The position numbers were made by a program, and so were the translations under genes. A stretch of DNA of 32,000 nt from Pseudodesulfovibrio mercurii (GTDB lineage Bacteria > Desulfobacterota > Desulfovibrionia > Desulfovibrionales > Desulfovibrionaceae): NCBI RefSeq assembly GCF_000189295.2, contig NC_016803.1:3660001-3692000 (forward strand), read 5' to 3'. Shown here piece by piece: positions 15,997 through 23,775 of this stretch; the stretch's first letter is position 1; every line of letters starts with the position of its first letter. The notes under the pieces are model-generated. The model was given only the letters and a program-made list of their open reading frames with translations. It did no database searches and had not been told where the DNA came from.

Positions 15997-17766
15997 TCAG
16001 GCCACGGCCTGCTCGTCCTCGGCAAGGCAGACCTTGCGGTCGATTTCGCGGACCTTGCGCAGGACGTTTTTGGCGATGCGCTTGAACTCGCCCAGGTCCC
16101 CGGCCTCGAAGGCGGACTTGGCCCTGGTCAGCCCGGCCAGGTCCACGATCTCGTTGAACAGGTACGGGCCGTAGAGCGGGTCCTGCTTGACGAACAGCTC
16201 CACTCGGGTCAGGGCTGCGTGGATTTCCTTCTGGTTGGCCTTGAGATTTTTGAACAGCTTGGCGAGGTGCTTTTCCATGTTGCGCAGGGAGGTGGTCCAG
16301 CGGGGCGAGCGCGGCTCCATGCGCAGGGGCGGGGTGCCCCGGCGGCAGGCCGCCAGATCGCGCAGGAAGCCTTCCACCGCGCCGGGGGCCGAGGCCAGGA
16401 TGCCCTTGTCGTAGGCCGTATCCACGTCCACCACGGTGGCGCCCTCGATGACAGCGCCGCCGCCGTAGAGGTTGAAGACGGGAAATTCGGACCGCTTGAG
16501 GTCCTCCTCCAGCTCGCGCTTGGCGGTCATGTATTGCAGGGTGGTCAGGATTTCCTCGCCGTCCAGGTTGCGCGTGGTCTGGTGCCAGGACCGGCGGTGC
16601 AGGTCGGTGGTGTGGTTGTGGTGGCCGCCCGAGTGGGACCGGCCGTTGATCCAGGCGTAGTCCTGCCCGGCCAGGAGCAGGTGGGAGACCCCGCAGTAGC
16701 GCAGGAATCGCGACAGGGTCACCGAGACGTTGCCGCCCGCGTCGAGCACCAGGTCCCGTTCCTTGAGCACGTAGGTGCCCACGCCGCCCACGGTCCACAG
16801 GGGCAGGGTCGGGCCGGGGTAGCGCTTGAGGACCATGGGGTCGATCTTGGTGGAGTAGACGAGAGGCACGTCCTGAACGAAGTCCGGGTCCAGCCGCTCG
16901 AAGACCTTGAGCATGGTCGCGTCGTAGTCGATGGCCGCGCACAGGTGGGGCTTGATGCCCAGGTTCTGCAGGGAGGGCACGGTCTGGAGGGCGCAGGTGT
17001 AGAGCACGTGGCCCGTCTTGGCCTTGAGCAGCGGGGCCATGGTCTCGAGCGACGGGCCCGCGCCGAGGATGACCGCGCCCACGCCCGCACCCTTGCCCTC
17101 CATGGACTTGAGGCTGCCGTCGCGCATGGCCTTGGCGAAGTTGTCGATCTCGTTCTTGACCATGACGTCCTGGCGGTGGCGCAGGGTGGACAGCTCCAGG
17201 GAGAAGTTTTCGAGCTTGTGGCGCAGCCAGGTGGACCAGCGGGCGTATTCCGGGCCGAGCTGGCGGCTGGGGATGTCGCTCTTGAGGTGAATCTGGCCGT
17301 AGATGAACTGGAGGTCCAGGTTGCGGACCACCTCGGACAGGAAGCGCTCGTCCGGGACCATCAGGTGGAATTTCTTTCTCTCGAAGAACGGGCGGTAGTC
17401 GGTCTGGCCCAGGCAGGCCAGGAGCATCTCGGAGCGCGGCTCCAGGAGCATGACCTTGTGCGTGTCCGGGGTGTGGGTCAGGACGTGGTTGACCCCGTAG
17501 CCGAGGTTGCAGCCGACGATGAATGTGGCCGAGGTGACCGCCTTTTCCGGGTGGACCCAGTTGGCGTAGAGCCCCTGGGGCGGCAGGGAGGCGAACATTC
17601 CCTTGCCGTTGTCCATCTCCCAGTCGAGGAGCCCGGCCTCGTTGGGGAAGAGCCGCGTCTTGAGCTTGTCCTCGTTGAACGGGCGGGAGGAGAGCCACTG
17701 GAAGATGGGATTCCCGGTGCGTTGCAGGTATTCGATGTTGTCCTTTAGGAACGGATACGGATTCAT
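15997..17766 (-). CDS. DUF115 / MptE-like, motility-accessory-factor (Maf)-like putative glycosyltransferase
   Basis: Contains AVILGAGPSLETMAPLLK, the region around LLLAGQDYAW, and Maf-like length and architecture. I prefer the ATG at 17766 (MNPYPFLKDNIEYL) over the ORF-track start at 17817. Confidence 0.75.
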   Translation of the reverse strand: MNPYPFLKDNIEYLQRTGNPIFQWLSSRPFNEDKLKTRLFPNEAGLLDWEMDNGKGMFASLPPQGLYANWVHPEKAVTSATFIVGCNLGYGVNHVLTHTPDTHKVMLLEPRSEMLLACLGQTDYRPFFERKKFHLMVPDERFLSEVVRNLDLQFIYGQIHLKSDIPSRQLGPEYARWSTWLRHKLENFSLELSTLRHRQDVMVKNEIDNFAKAMRDGSLKSMEGKGAGVGAVILGAGPSLETMAPLLKAKTGHVLYTCALQTVPSLQNLGIKPHLCAAIDYDATMLKVFERLDPDFVQDVPLVYSTKIDPMVLKRYPGPTLPLWTVGGVGTYVLKERDLVLDAGGNVSVTLSRFLRYCGVSHLLLAGQDYAWINGRSHSGGHHNHTTDLHRRSWHQTTRNLDGEEILTTLQYMTAKRELEEDLKRSEFPVFNLYGGGAVIEGATVVDVDTAYDKGILASAPGAVEGFLRDLAACRRGTPPLRMEPRSPRWTTSLRNMEKHLAKLFKNLKANQKEIHAALTRVELFVKQDPLYGPYLFNEIVDLAGLTRAKSAFEAGDLGEFKRIAKNVLRKVREIDRKVCLAEDEQAVA

Positions 17767-17905
17767 GGCGCGGCCTCGCATGCTCAAAAAATGGACGGTT
17801 CCGCCGGGAAAATGCACTTTGCATGCCAGTTGCGCCGGGGCTGTTTTTGCCCTAGGGTGCGGGCATTGATCCAGAACCCAAGCCGCATGATTTCAGGGCG
17901 CTACG

Positions 17906-20185
17906 ATGAACAAGAACCTGCTTGAGCTGATCGGCAATACGCCGCTGGTGGAGATTCGCCACCTCAACCCCAATCCCAACGTCAGGATTTTGGCCAAGAT
18001 CGAGAGCCAGAACCCCGGCGGGTCCATCAAGGACCGCGTGGCCGCCGCCATGATTGAGGCCGCCGAGCGATCGGGCGAGCTGACCAGGGACAAGATCATC
18101 ATCGAGGCCACCTCGGGCAACACCGGGGTCGGGCTGGCCATGGTCGCGGCCATCAAGGGGTACCGCATCAAGCTGCTCATGCCCGAGACGGCGAGCGAGG
18201 AGCGCAAGATGATCATGGCCGCCTACGGGGCGGAGCTGGAGCTGACGCCGGGCCACCTGGCCACGGACGGGGCCATCGAGCAGGCCTACCGCTACGCCCG
18301 CGAGGAGCCGGACAAGTACGTGCTCATGGACCAGTACAACAACCCGGCCTCCATCCAGGCGCACTACATGGGCACCGGGCTGGAAATCTGGGACCAGACC
18401 GGCGGCGCGGTGACGCACTGCGTCATGACGCTCGGCACCTCGGGCACGGCCATGGGCATCGCGAAACGGCTGCACGAGATGGGCAAGGTCTACGTGGCCG
18501 CGGTGGAGCCCTACGCGGGTCACAAGATTCAGGGCCTCAAGAACATGCTCGAATCCTACCCGCCGGGCATCTACGACAAGACCGCCCTGGACGAGGTCCT
18601 GCACGTGGAGGACGAGGACGCCTTCGAGAACTGCCGCAGGCTGGCGCGCGAGGAGGGCATCTTCGCGGGCATGAGCTCGGGCGCGGCGCTGGGCGGAGCG
18701 TTGCAGATGGCCGAGCGGCTGGACAAGGGGCTGATCGTAGTCATCTTCCCGGACTCGGGCGAGCGCTACCTGTCCACCCACCTCTACCGGCGGCAGTCGG
18801 GCAGCGGGGTGACGATTTTCGACATGGCCACGGGCGCGGACAAGATGCTCAACACCGGCGCGGGCCTTTGCGCGTACACCATGGGCCCGAGCCTGGACAA
18901 CCCGGACGGCCTGGACTCCTGGCGGCGGCTGGTGCTGCTCGACGTGTTCCTCCGCCACCTGGCCGGGCGCGGGGTCAAGGCCTCGGGCGTGGCCGGGCTG
19001 ACCGACATGGACGACCGCACCCTGGCGGCCGCCCGCGAGGCGGACACGGACCGGGCCTCCCTGGCCGAGTCGCGGCGCGAAGACATCCTGGCGCGCGGCC
19101 GGGCTATGGGGTTGTCCGATGAACTGAAATTTCCCCTGTCCTCGGCCAGCAACGAGACCGCGCTTTCCCTGTGCCGCAAGCTCCTGGGCAAGGGGCTGGC
19201 CTACGAGAAGCTGCGCAGCGTCTACTTCGACGTGTTCCGCGACAAGCGGTACGGCGAGATCGGCACCGTGGACATGGACAAGGTCTCGGGCGGCCGCACC
19301 GTGGACCTGGACGCCTACGTCAAGGACAACCCGCTGGATTTCACCTTGCTCAAGCGCGCCTCGCTCATGGACCTGAAGCGCGGCGAGGTCCTGGAGACCC
19401 AGTGGGGCAACGTGCGGCCGAGCTGGTTTTTGCAGCACGCGGCCATGGCGCTCGACGAGCTGCCGCGCACGGACGTGATGATCGGTTCGGACAAGCACCG
19501 CTTCCCGCACCTGGAGAACCTGCGGGCCATCTGGTCCACGGCCGGGCGCGAGGTCCAGGCGTGGACCGCCTGCCAGCAGACCTCGGACGCCGAGGGCGAG
19601 ACCCTGGCCACGGTGGCCGAAACCCTCGGCGGGTTCCGCGCGGCCCGGCTGTGGCTCCTGTCCGCCGCCCCGCGCAAGCCGCTCTGCGCCTCGGCCGACA
19701 ACCTGGCCATGTGGGCGCGCAACTGGCGGCGCATCCAGGAGGGCGCGGTGGCCCTGACCCTGGCGCTCGACGCGCGCGGCGACACGGTCTCGACCGACGT
19801 GGAGCAGGCGGTCTTCGACCTCAAGGCGGCCTTCCGCACGGCCATGGACGACGGCCTCAAGCTGCACCATTTCTGGCCCGCCCTGTTCCGGTTCATCAAG
19901 CAGGTCAACCAGTGGGCCGGGGACGACCGGCTGACCGGCGCGGCCGCCCGGGCCTGCCTGGACGAACTCAAGGCCATGGACGCCATCCTGGCCATCCTCG
20001 ACCCCGCCCAGATGCCCGTGCCCCTGTCCGACCTGCCCGTCCCGGTCCAGGGCTTGGTGGCCGACCGCCAGAAGGCGCGCGAGGCAAAGGACTTCGCCCT
20101 GTCCGACGAACTGCGCGACAAGATCGCCGCCGCCGGATTCCGGGTGGAAGACACAGGCGGCGCGCCGAGAGTCTTCAACACCTAG
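17906..20185 (+). CDS. fusion protein: CysK/CysM-type PLP-dependent cysteine synthase (aa 1-295) plus degenerate cysteinyl-tRNA synthetase-like domain (aa ~301-759)
   Basis: The N-terminal half has GGSIKDR (PLP lysine codon at 18029-18031), TSGNTG and GTSGT. The C-terminal half is collinear with CysRS (LTDMDDRTL, KDNPLDFTLLK, GSDKHRFPHLEN and a C-terminal RQKAREAKDF...FRVEDT region). It lacks HIGH, KMSKS and the Zn-ligand cysteines. Confidence 0.8.
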   Translation: MNKNLLELIGNTPLVEIRHLNPNPNVRILAKIESQNPGGSIKDRVAAAMIEAAERSGELTRDKIIIEATSGNTGVGLAMVAAIKGYRIKLLMPETASEERKMIMAAYGAELELTPGHLATDGAIEQAYRYAREEPDKYVLMDQYNNPASIQAHYMGTGLEIWDQTGGAVTHCVMTLGTSGTAMGIAKRLHEMGKVYVAAVEPYAGHKIQGLKNMLESYPPGIYDKTALDEVLHVEDEDAFENCRRLAREEGIFAGMSSGAALGGALQMAERLDKGLIVVIFPDSGERYLSTHLYRRQSGSGVTIFDMATGADKMLNTGAGLCAYTMGPSLDNPDGLDSWRRLVLLDVFLRHLAGRGVKASGVAGLTDMDDRTLAAAREADTDRASLAESRREDILARGRAMGLSDELKFPLSSASNETALSLCRKLLGKGLAYEKLRSVYFDVFRDKRYGEIGTVDMDKVSGGRTVDLDAYVKDNPLDFTLLKRASLMDLKRGEVLETQWGNVRPSWFLQHAAMALDELPRTDVMIGSDKHRFPHLENLRAIWSTAGREVQAWTACQQTSDAEGETLATVAETLGGFRAARLWLLSAAPRKPLCASADNLAMWARNWRRIQEGAVALTLALDARGDTVSTDVEQAVFDLKAAFRTAMDDGLKLHHFWPALFRFIKQVNQWAGDDRLTGAAARACLDELKAMDAILAILDPAQMPVPLSDLPVPVQGLVADRQKAREAKDFALSDELRDKIAAAGFRVEDTGGAPRVFNT

Positions 20186-20212
20186 AAATCCTGCACGATA
20201 CGAGAATAAAAA

Positions 20213-20238
20213 GGGCCGCCCCCAGGGTGGCCCTTTTT
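20213..20238 (+). terminator. rho-independent terminator
   Basis: Stem GGGCCGCC with GGTGGCCC (one G-T pair), loop CCCAG, then T5. It lies 28 nt after the stop at 20185. Confidence 0.7.
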
Positions 20239-20285
20239 GCATTTTGCCGGTACGGTGGCGGTAGAAATACGGAGGTCTTCATCCC

Positions 20286-20468
20286 ATGGCAGTGAACACG
20301 GACAGCATCCAGTCGGCAATGCCCCTCCTGAAGCAGAAGGGCGTCTCGGAAGACTACATCCTGGCCTACATCGTGGCCCTCGAATCCGCCGGAGCCGGCA
20401 ACGAAAACCCCTCCAGCGTCTTCAACACCATGCTCCGGGCATTGGCGGAGGCCAAGCCGTCCTCGTGA
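20286..20468 (+). CDS. small hypothetical protein (60 aa)
   Basis: GGAGG lies 9 nt upstream of the ATG. Composition is native GC-rich with GC3 bias. I do not recognise a family. Confidence 0.5.
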   Translation: MAVNTDSIQSAMPLLKQKGVSEDYILAYIVALESAGAGNENPSSVFNTMLRALAEAKPSS

Positions 20469-20519
20469 GTCCCGTGGAGTAGACGGCTAATGGTCGGGAT
20501 TCCTAGGCTGCTCGAACTC

Positions 20520-21350
20520 AACTCGATTTGATTTTGTGTCTTCCGTCGGGCCAACAATACAGAAGTATTTTGTCGGAAGAGCTGCAGTGGGGAAAAGGGA
20601 ATGCGATTACCAGCTGCATAATGGAGACTCTTAATGCAGTTAGCTTCTTCTCTTATTTATTTCGGATATCCGCGTTAAATTTTTTAACTATAGCAGCAGC
20701 CATTTTCCGTAGTTCTTTGGCGTGACATTTTTTGTACTTCAGACCGGAACCGCAAGGACAAGAACAGCCTGGCCCATTACCAATCTCAATAAGTTCTTCA
20801 AGGCTTTCTTTCCACTCATATATCCATTCTAGAATATCTGCATCTATATCTTCGAATGTTCTGACACGTTGGAATGAATTTTCTCCATAATTAGTAAAAT
20901 GATACAACGCATTGTTAATTAAGATATAATCATCGATTAGTCTGTTGTTGGATAAATTTTTCCTGATGTTATTAACTTGTTTATCGTTGTATCCATTATT
21001 TTTATCATGAAGGAATAAAATTTTATTCTCTCCACTGCGATTAGGTGTGATATCTATCCAATCACCTTGCTCAGATTCCCATATAGAGTGAAATTCAGCT
21101 TCAATAAAAAGATTCGGTATCATCCATATTTTCCAACCATAAAGGATATTCCCGCCATCTTGTTCAATTTTTTTTTGAACATTGGGAAAGCATTCATCAA
21201 GCAAAGAATATTTTTCTTTTTGTATAGATAAATATACTAGTGGTCCAGTTGATATTTCGGAGCAAAAGTCTTTGACTTCTTCCGTTATATTCGGAGGTAC
21301 GATTTCCATGATTTATTTCTTCACTGACGACTAATATTGATTCTGTGGAT
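20520..21350. mobile_element. AT-rich island (about one-third G+C) carrying one gene; probable horizontally acquired insertion
   Basis: Composition shifts abruptly against roughly two-thirds G+C flanks. The right edge abuts the stop codon (21354) of a native membrane-protein gene. No recombinase or clear terminal repeats were seen. Confidence 0.45.
20653..21309 (-). CDS. hypothetical protein with C-terminal SEC-C metal-binding motif
   Basis: A 218-aa ORF with AT-rich codon usage. The sequence GCSCPCGSGLKYKKCH is encoded at 20722-20769. I do not recognise the N-terminal ~180 aa. Confidence 0.7.
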   Translation of the reverse strand: MEIVPPNITEEVKDFCSEISTGPLVYLSIQKEKYSLLDECFPNVQKKIEQDGGNILYGWKIWMIPNLFIEAEFHSIWESEQGDWIDITPNRSGENKILFLHDKNNGYNDKQVNNIRKNLSNNRLIDDYILINNALYHFTNYGENSFQRVRTFEDIDADILEWIYEWKESLEELIEIGNGPGCSCPCGSGLKYKKCHAKELRKMAAAIVKKFNADIRNK

Positions 21351-21353
21351 TTC

Positions 21354-21815
21354 TTACCGCAACCAATACAACACCCACAAGATTACCGGCATGCCGATGT
21401 CCGCGAAGAACACGGGCCCGGCGTTGCCGGGTTTTTTGTTGCCGCCTACGCGGAGGTCGCGGGCGTGGACGGTGAAGGCGCCGACCAGGAAGCAGGTGGC
21501 GAAGAGGATGGTGGCCAGCCAGAAGCCGTCGCGCAGGGGGGAGTGGCGGAGGAAAAAGGCGAGGACGCCGCAGACGCCCAGGGCGAGGTTGGTGAAGGCG
21601 ATTTCCTTCTGGAAGGGGCTGCCCGGCCGCCAGCCGATGTAGGCGGCGACCTCGTCGGATTTGTAGTAGTGGCCGAGGAAGGCCCAGAGCGCGCCCAGGC
21701 CGACCTGGACCCCGAGGAGCCAGGCCAGGAGGGTGGCGAAAAAGGGCGCGCCGGTGAAGAGCATGTTGAGGAGGGCCAGGACGACGGCGGCAGCGGCCAG
21801 GTAGAAGACGAACAT
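21354..21815 (-). CDS. hypothetical integral membrane protein (~4-5 TM helices)
   Basis: Hydrophobic segments throughout, with native GC-rich codon usage. Confidence 0.7.
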   Translation of the reverse strand: MFVFYLAAAAVVLALLNMLFTGAPFFATLLAWLLGVQVGLGALWAFLGHYYKSDEVAAYIGWRPGSPFQKEIAFTNLALGVCGVLAFFLRHSPLRDGFWLATILFATCFLVGAFTVHARDLRVGGNKKPGNAGPVFFADIGMPVILWVLYWLR

Positions 21816-21951
21816 GTTTCGCTCCCTTGGTTCGGGTGACGGTCGGGTGGAGACCTTACGGCACGCTATATCGAAAAGCCCGAGCCGTCAAAACCCCGAA
21901 CATCCTTCCTCGGCTACCCCCTTTGCGCCGCAAGCCCCTGTCCGCCGTAGG

Positions 21952-22036
21952 CGACAAATCCGCAGGACAGCGGATTTGGACCGCGCCTGACAAGGCGCGA
22001 CCCCGAAGGGGTGAGCCCCAGGACGGGGCGAATCAA
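21952..22036. repeat. repeat module B, direct copy
   Basis: The sequence is CGACAAATCCGCAGGACAGCGGATTTGGAC, then hairpin CGCGCC-TGACAA-GGCGCG, then CCCCGAAGGGGTGAGCCCCAGGACGGGGCGAATCAA. It matches the reverse complement of 12416-12500 outside the central hairpin. Confidence 0.85.
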
Positions 22037-22079
22037 GTCACCCGTCCATCGCCGCGCAGCGGCTTCAACATCTGATTTC
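22035..22079. repeat. repeat module C
   Basis: A 22-nt exact match to 3395-3416, with a related tail ending in CTGATTTC. Confidence 0.7.
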
Positions 22080-22163
22080 ATCAACAATGCGATTGCCCAC
22101 ACAAAAAGGGAGCCGTCCCCCTCCCGGAACGGCTCCCTTGTACGGTGCGGCATGGTGCGTCGC

Positions 22164-23294
22164 TCAGTCAAAGAGATACAGGAATTTCGCGTAGCCTTCG
22201 GCGGCCATTTCATCCTTTGGGATGAAGCGCAGGGCGGCGGAGTTCAGGCAGTAGCGCAGGCCGGTGGGCGCGGGGCCGTCGTTGAACACGTGGCCCAGGT
22301 GCGAGTCGCCTCCTTTGCTCCGCACTTCGGTGCGCGCGGCGAAGAGGGAGCGGTCCTCCCTTTCAACCAGGTTTTCCGGGACCAGGGGGCGGGTGAAGCT
22401 CGGCCAGCCCGAGCCGGAATCGAACTTGTCCGTGCTGGCGAAGAGCGGTTCGCCGCTGACCACGTCCACGTAGATGCCGTCCGCGTGGTTGTCCCAGTAG
22501 CGGTTGTTGAAGGGCGGTTCCGTGCCTTCGCGCTGGGTCACGTCGTACTGGAGCGGGGTGAGCGTGCGCTTGAGGACGTCCGGGGCGGGCTTGAGGAAGG
22601 GCTCGGGGGCCGGGGGTTCGGTTTGGGCGCGGGCCGTCTTGACCACAGCCTCGGCCTCTTCGCCCCAGTGCTCGGCCGTGAACCGGTCGCGGCCCGAGAA
22701 GTGGCGGTAGGTCTTGTAGCGCACGGGATTGAACCGGCAGTAGTTCTGGTGGTAGCCCTCGGCCGGGTAGAAGGTGGTGAATTCGACGACGGCGGTGACC
22801 ACCGGGCCATCGAACCGGCCGGATTCGTCCAGGGCCTTTTTCGAGGCTTCGGCCACGGCGCGTTGGGCCTTGTCGTGGTAGAAGATGGCCGAGGTGTACT
22901 GGAACCCCCGGTCTCCGAAGGAGCCGCCGCCGTCCGTGGGGTCGAAGTGGCGCCAGTAGTGGTCGAGAATCTGGGCGTAGCCGATGCGCGCAGGGTCGAA
23001 GGTCACCTGGACCGCCTCGCGGTGGCCCGTGGTCCCGCTTGAGACCTGTTCGTAGGTGGGATCGGGTTCGCTGCCGCCCGCATAGCCCGAGACGACCTTG
23101 ATCACGCCGGGCAGCTTCTGCATGTCCGCCTCCACGCACCAGAAACAACCGCCCGCCAGGGTGGCCGTCTCGAAGTGGGTATTGCCGTTGTCAGCCATGG
23201 CCTGTTCCTCCGATGTCGAAAACAGGGTCGATCCGATTCCTGCGGCCAGGAGCACGGCTCCGGCCAGGACGATGAGCGCGGGTTTGCGGAACAT
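22164..23294 (-). CDS. msrAB: secreted bifunctional methionine sulfoxide reductase MsrA/MsrB
   Basis: Contains MsrA GGCFWCVE, MsrB GWPSF and RYCLNS, and an N-terminal signal-like [19 protein letters not shown]. The ATG at 23294 has a GGAGG RBS. The ORF-track start at 23753 adds a Pro-rich artefact. Confidence 0.9.
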   Translation of the reverse strand: MFRKPALIVLAGAVLLAAGIGSTLFSTSEEQAMADNGNTHFETATLAGGCFWCVEADMQKLPGVIKVVSGYAGGSEPDPTYEQVSSGTTGHREAVQVTFDPARIGYAQILDHYWRHFDPTDGGGSFGDRGFQYTSAIFYHDKAQRAVAEASKKALDESGRFDGPVVTAVVEFTTFYPAEGYHQNYCRFNPVRYKTYRHFSGRDRFTAEHWGEEAEAVVKTARAQTEPPAPEPFLKPAPDVLKRTLTPLQYDVTQREGTEPPFNNRYWDNHADGIYVDVVSGEPLFASTDKFDSGSGWPSFTRPLVPENLVEREDRSLFAARTEVRSKGGDSHLGHVFNDGPAPTGLRYCLNSAALRFIPKDEMAAEGYAKFLYLFD

Positions 23295-23337
23295 GGGATC
23301 GCCTCCGTTTTCGCTAATAGTAGCTGTTATCGGAAGA

Positions 23338-23365
23338 TATATAGACATGAACCGGACCAAGTCAA
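23338..23365 (-). promoter_or_regulatory. candidate sigma-70 promoter of msrAB
   Basis: On the minus strand: TTGACT (23360-23365), a 16-nt spacer, then TATATA (23338-23343). It lies in a local AT-rich patch about 45 nt upstream of the ATG. Confidence 0.5.
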
Positions 23366-23370
23366 TGGTC

Positions 23371-23600
23371 TGAGCGGGCGGCGGCAGGGGATGCGGCGGT
23401 GGTGGTTGGGGGGGGCGACAAGGGGGCGATGGAGGGTGCGACCTGGCGGTGAAGGGGCTTCGGGGACGGTGAGGCGGGTCTGATGGTGTGAGGGCGGGGG
23501 CGGTGTGGGGGAAGTGACGGGGGGAAGGTGGTGCGGGCTTGTGAGGGGCTGCGCGGGAGCCCGTGAAGGGCGCGCGGGGGCGTGCTGGGGGGTGCGCGTA
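23371..23600 (+). repeat. strand-asymmetric G-rich tract with quasi-periodic GTGA(A/G/C)GG motif
   Basis: About 20 runs of three or more G on the plus strand and few C. GTGA starts at 23449, 23469, 23488, 23514, 23541 and 23563. Confidence 0.7.
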
Positions 23601-23775
23601 GTTCGGGCGGGGCGCGGGAAAAACGGCCATTCGGTATTTTTTGCCGGAAAAGGGTGGATTTTTGATTTGTTTTGGGGCAAGTGGCATTGCTTCGCGGCCC
23701 CGTGATGTGCATAGTACCCGTGTCGGGCCGTAGGCCGCGACCGAATTTCGCATTCAATCACAGCAAGGAGAGACC

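Noticed and set aside
20528-20725. The 65-aa plus-strand ORF overlapping the 3' end of the SEC-C gene.
   Set aside because: There is no RBS, it is antisense to a better-supported CDS, and it is a hydrophobic low-complexity translation of AT-rich DNA.
20524-21357. Possible direct repeats flanking the SEC-C islet: TTGATTTTGTGTCTTCC near 20526 and TTGATTCTGTGGATTTCTTACC near 21337. There is also an 11-nt match of 20478-20488 (GTAGACGGCTA) to the family-A loop.
   Set aside because: The similarity is short and gapped in AT-rich DNA and could easily be chance, so it is not enough to define att sites or a target duplication.
23682-23695. The sigma-54 promoter-like string TGGCATTGCTTCGC upstream of the 23776 gene.
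   Set aside because: GG (23683-23684) and GC (23694-23695) are separated by 9 nt rather than the invariant 10. The -12 element is not TTGC-like in the correct register.
23295-23753. A 153-aa Pro-rich N-terminal extension of the msrAB ORF.
   Set aside because: It is the minus-strand translation of the G-rich tract. A strong GGAGG RBS with an ATG at 23294 begins a normal signal peptide, and a good promoter lies at 23338-23365 inside the supposed extension.
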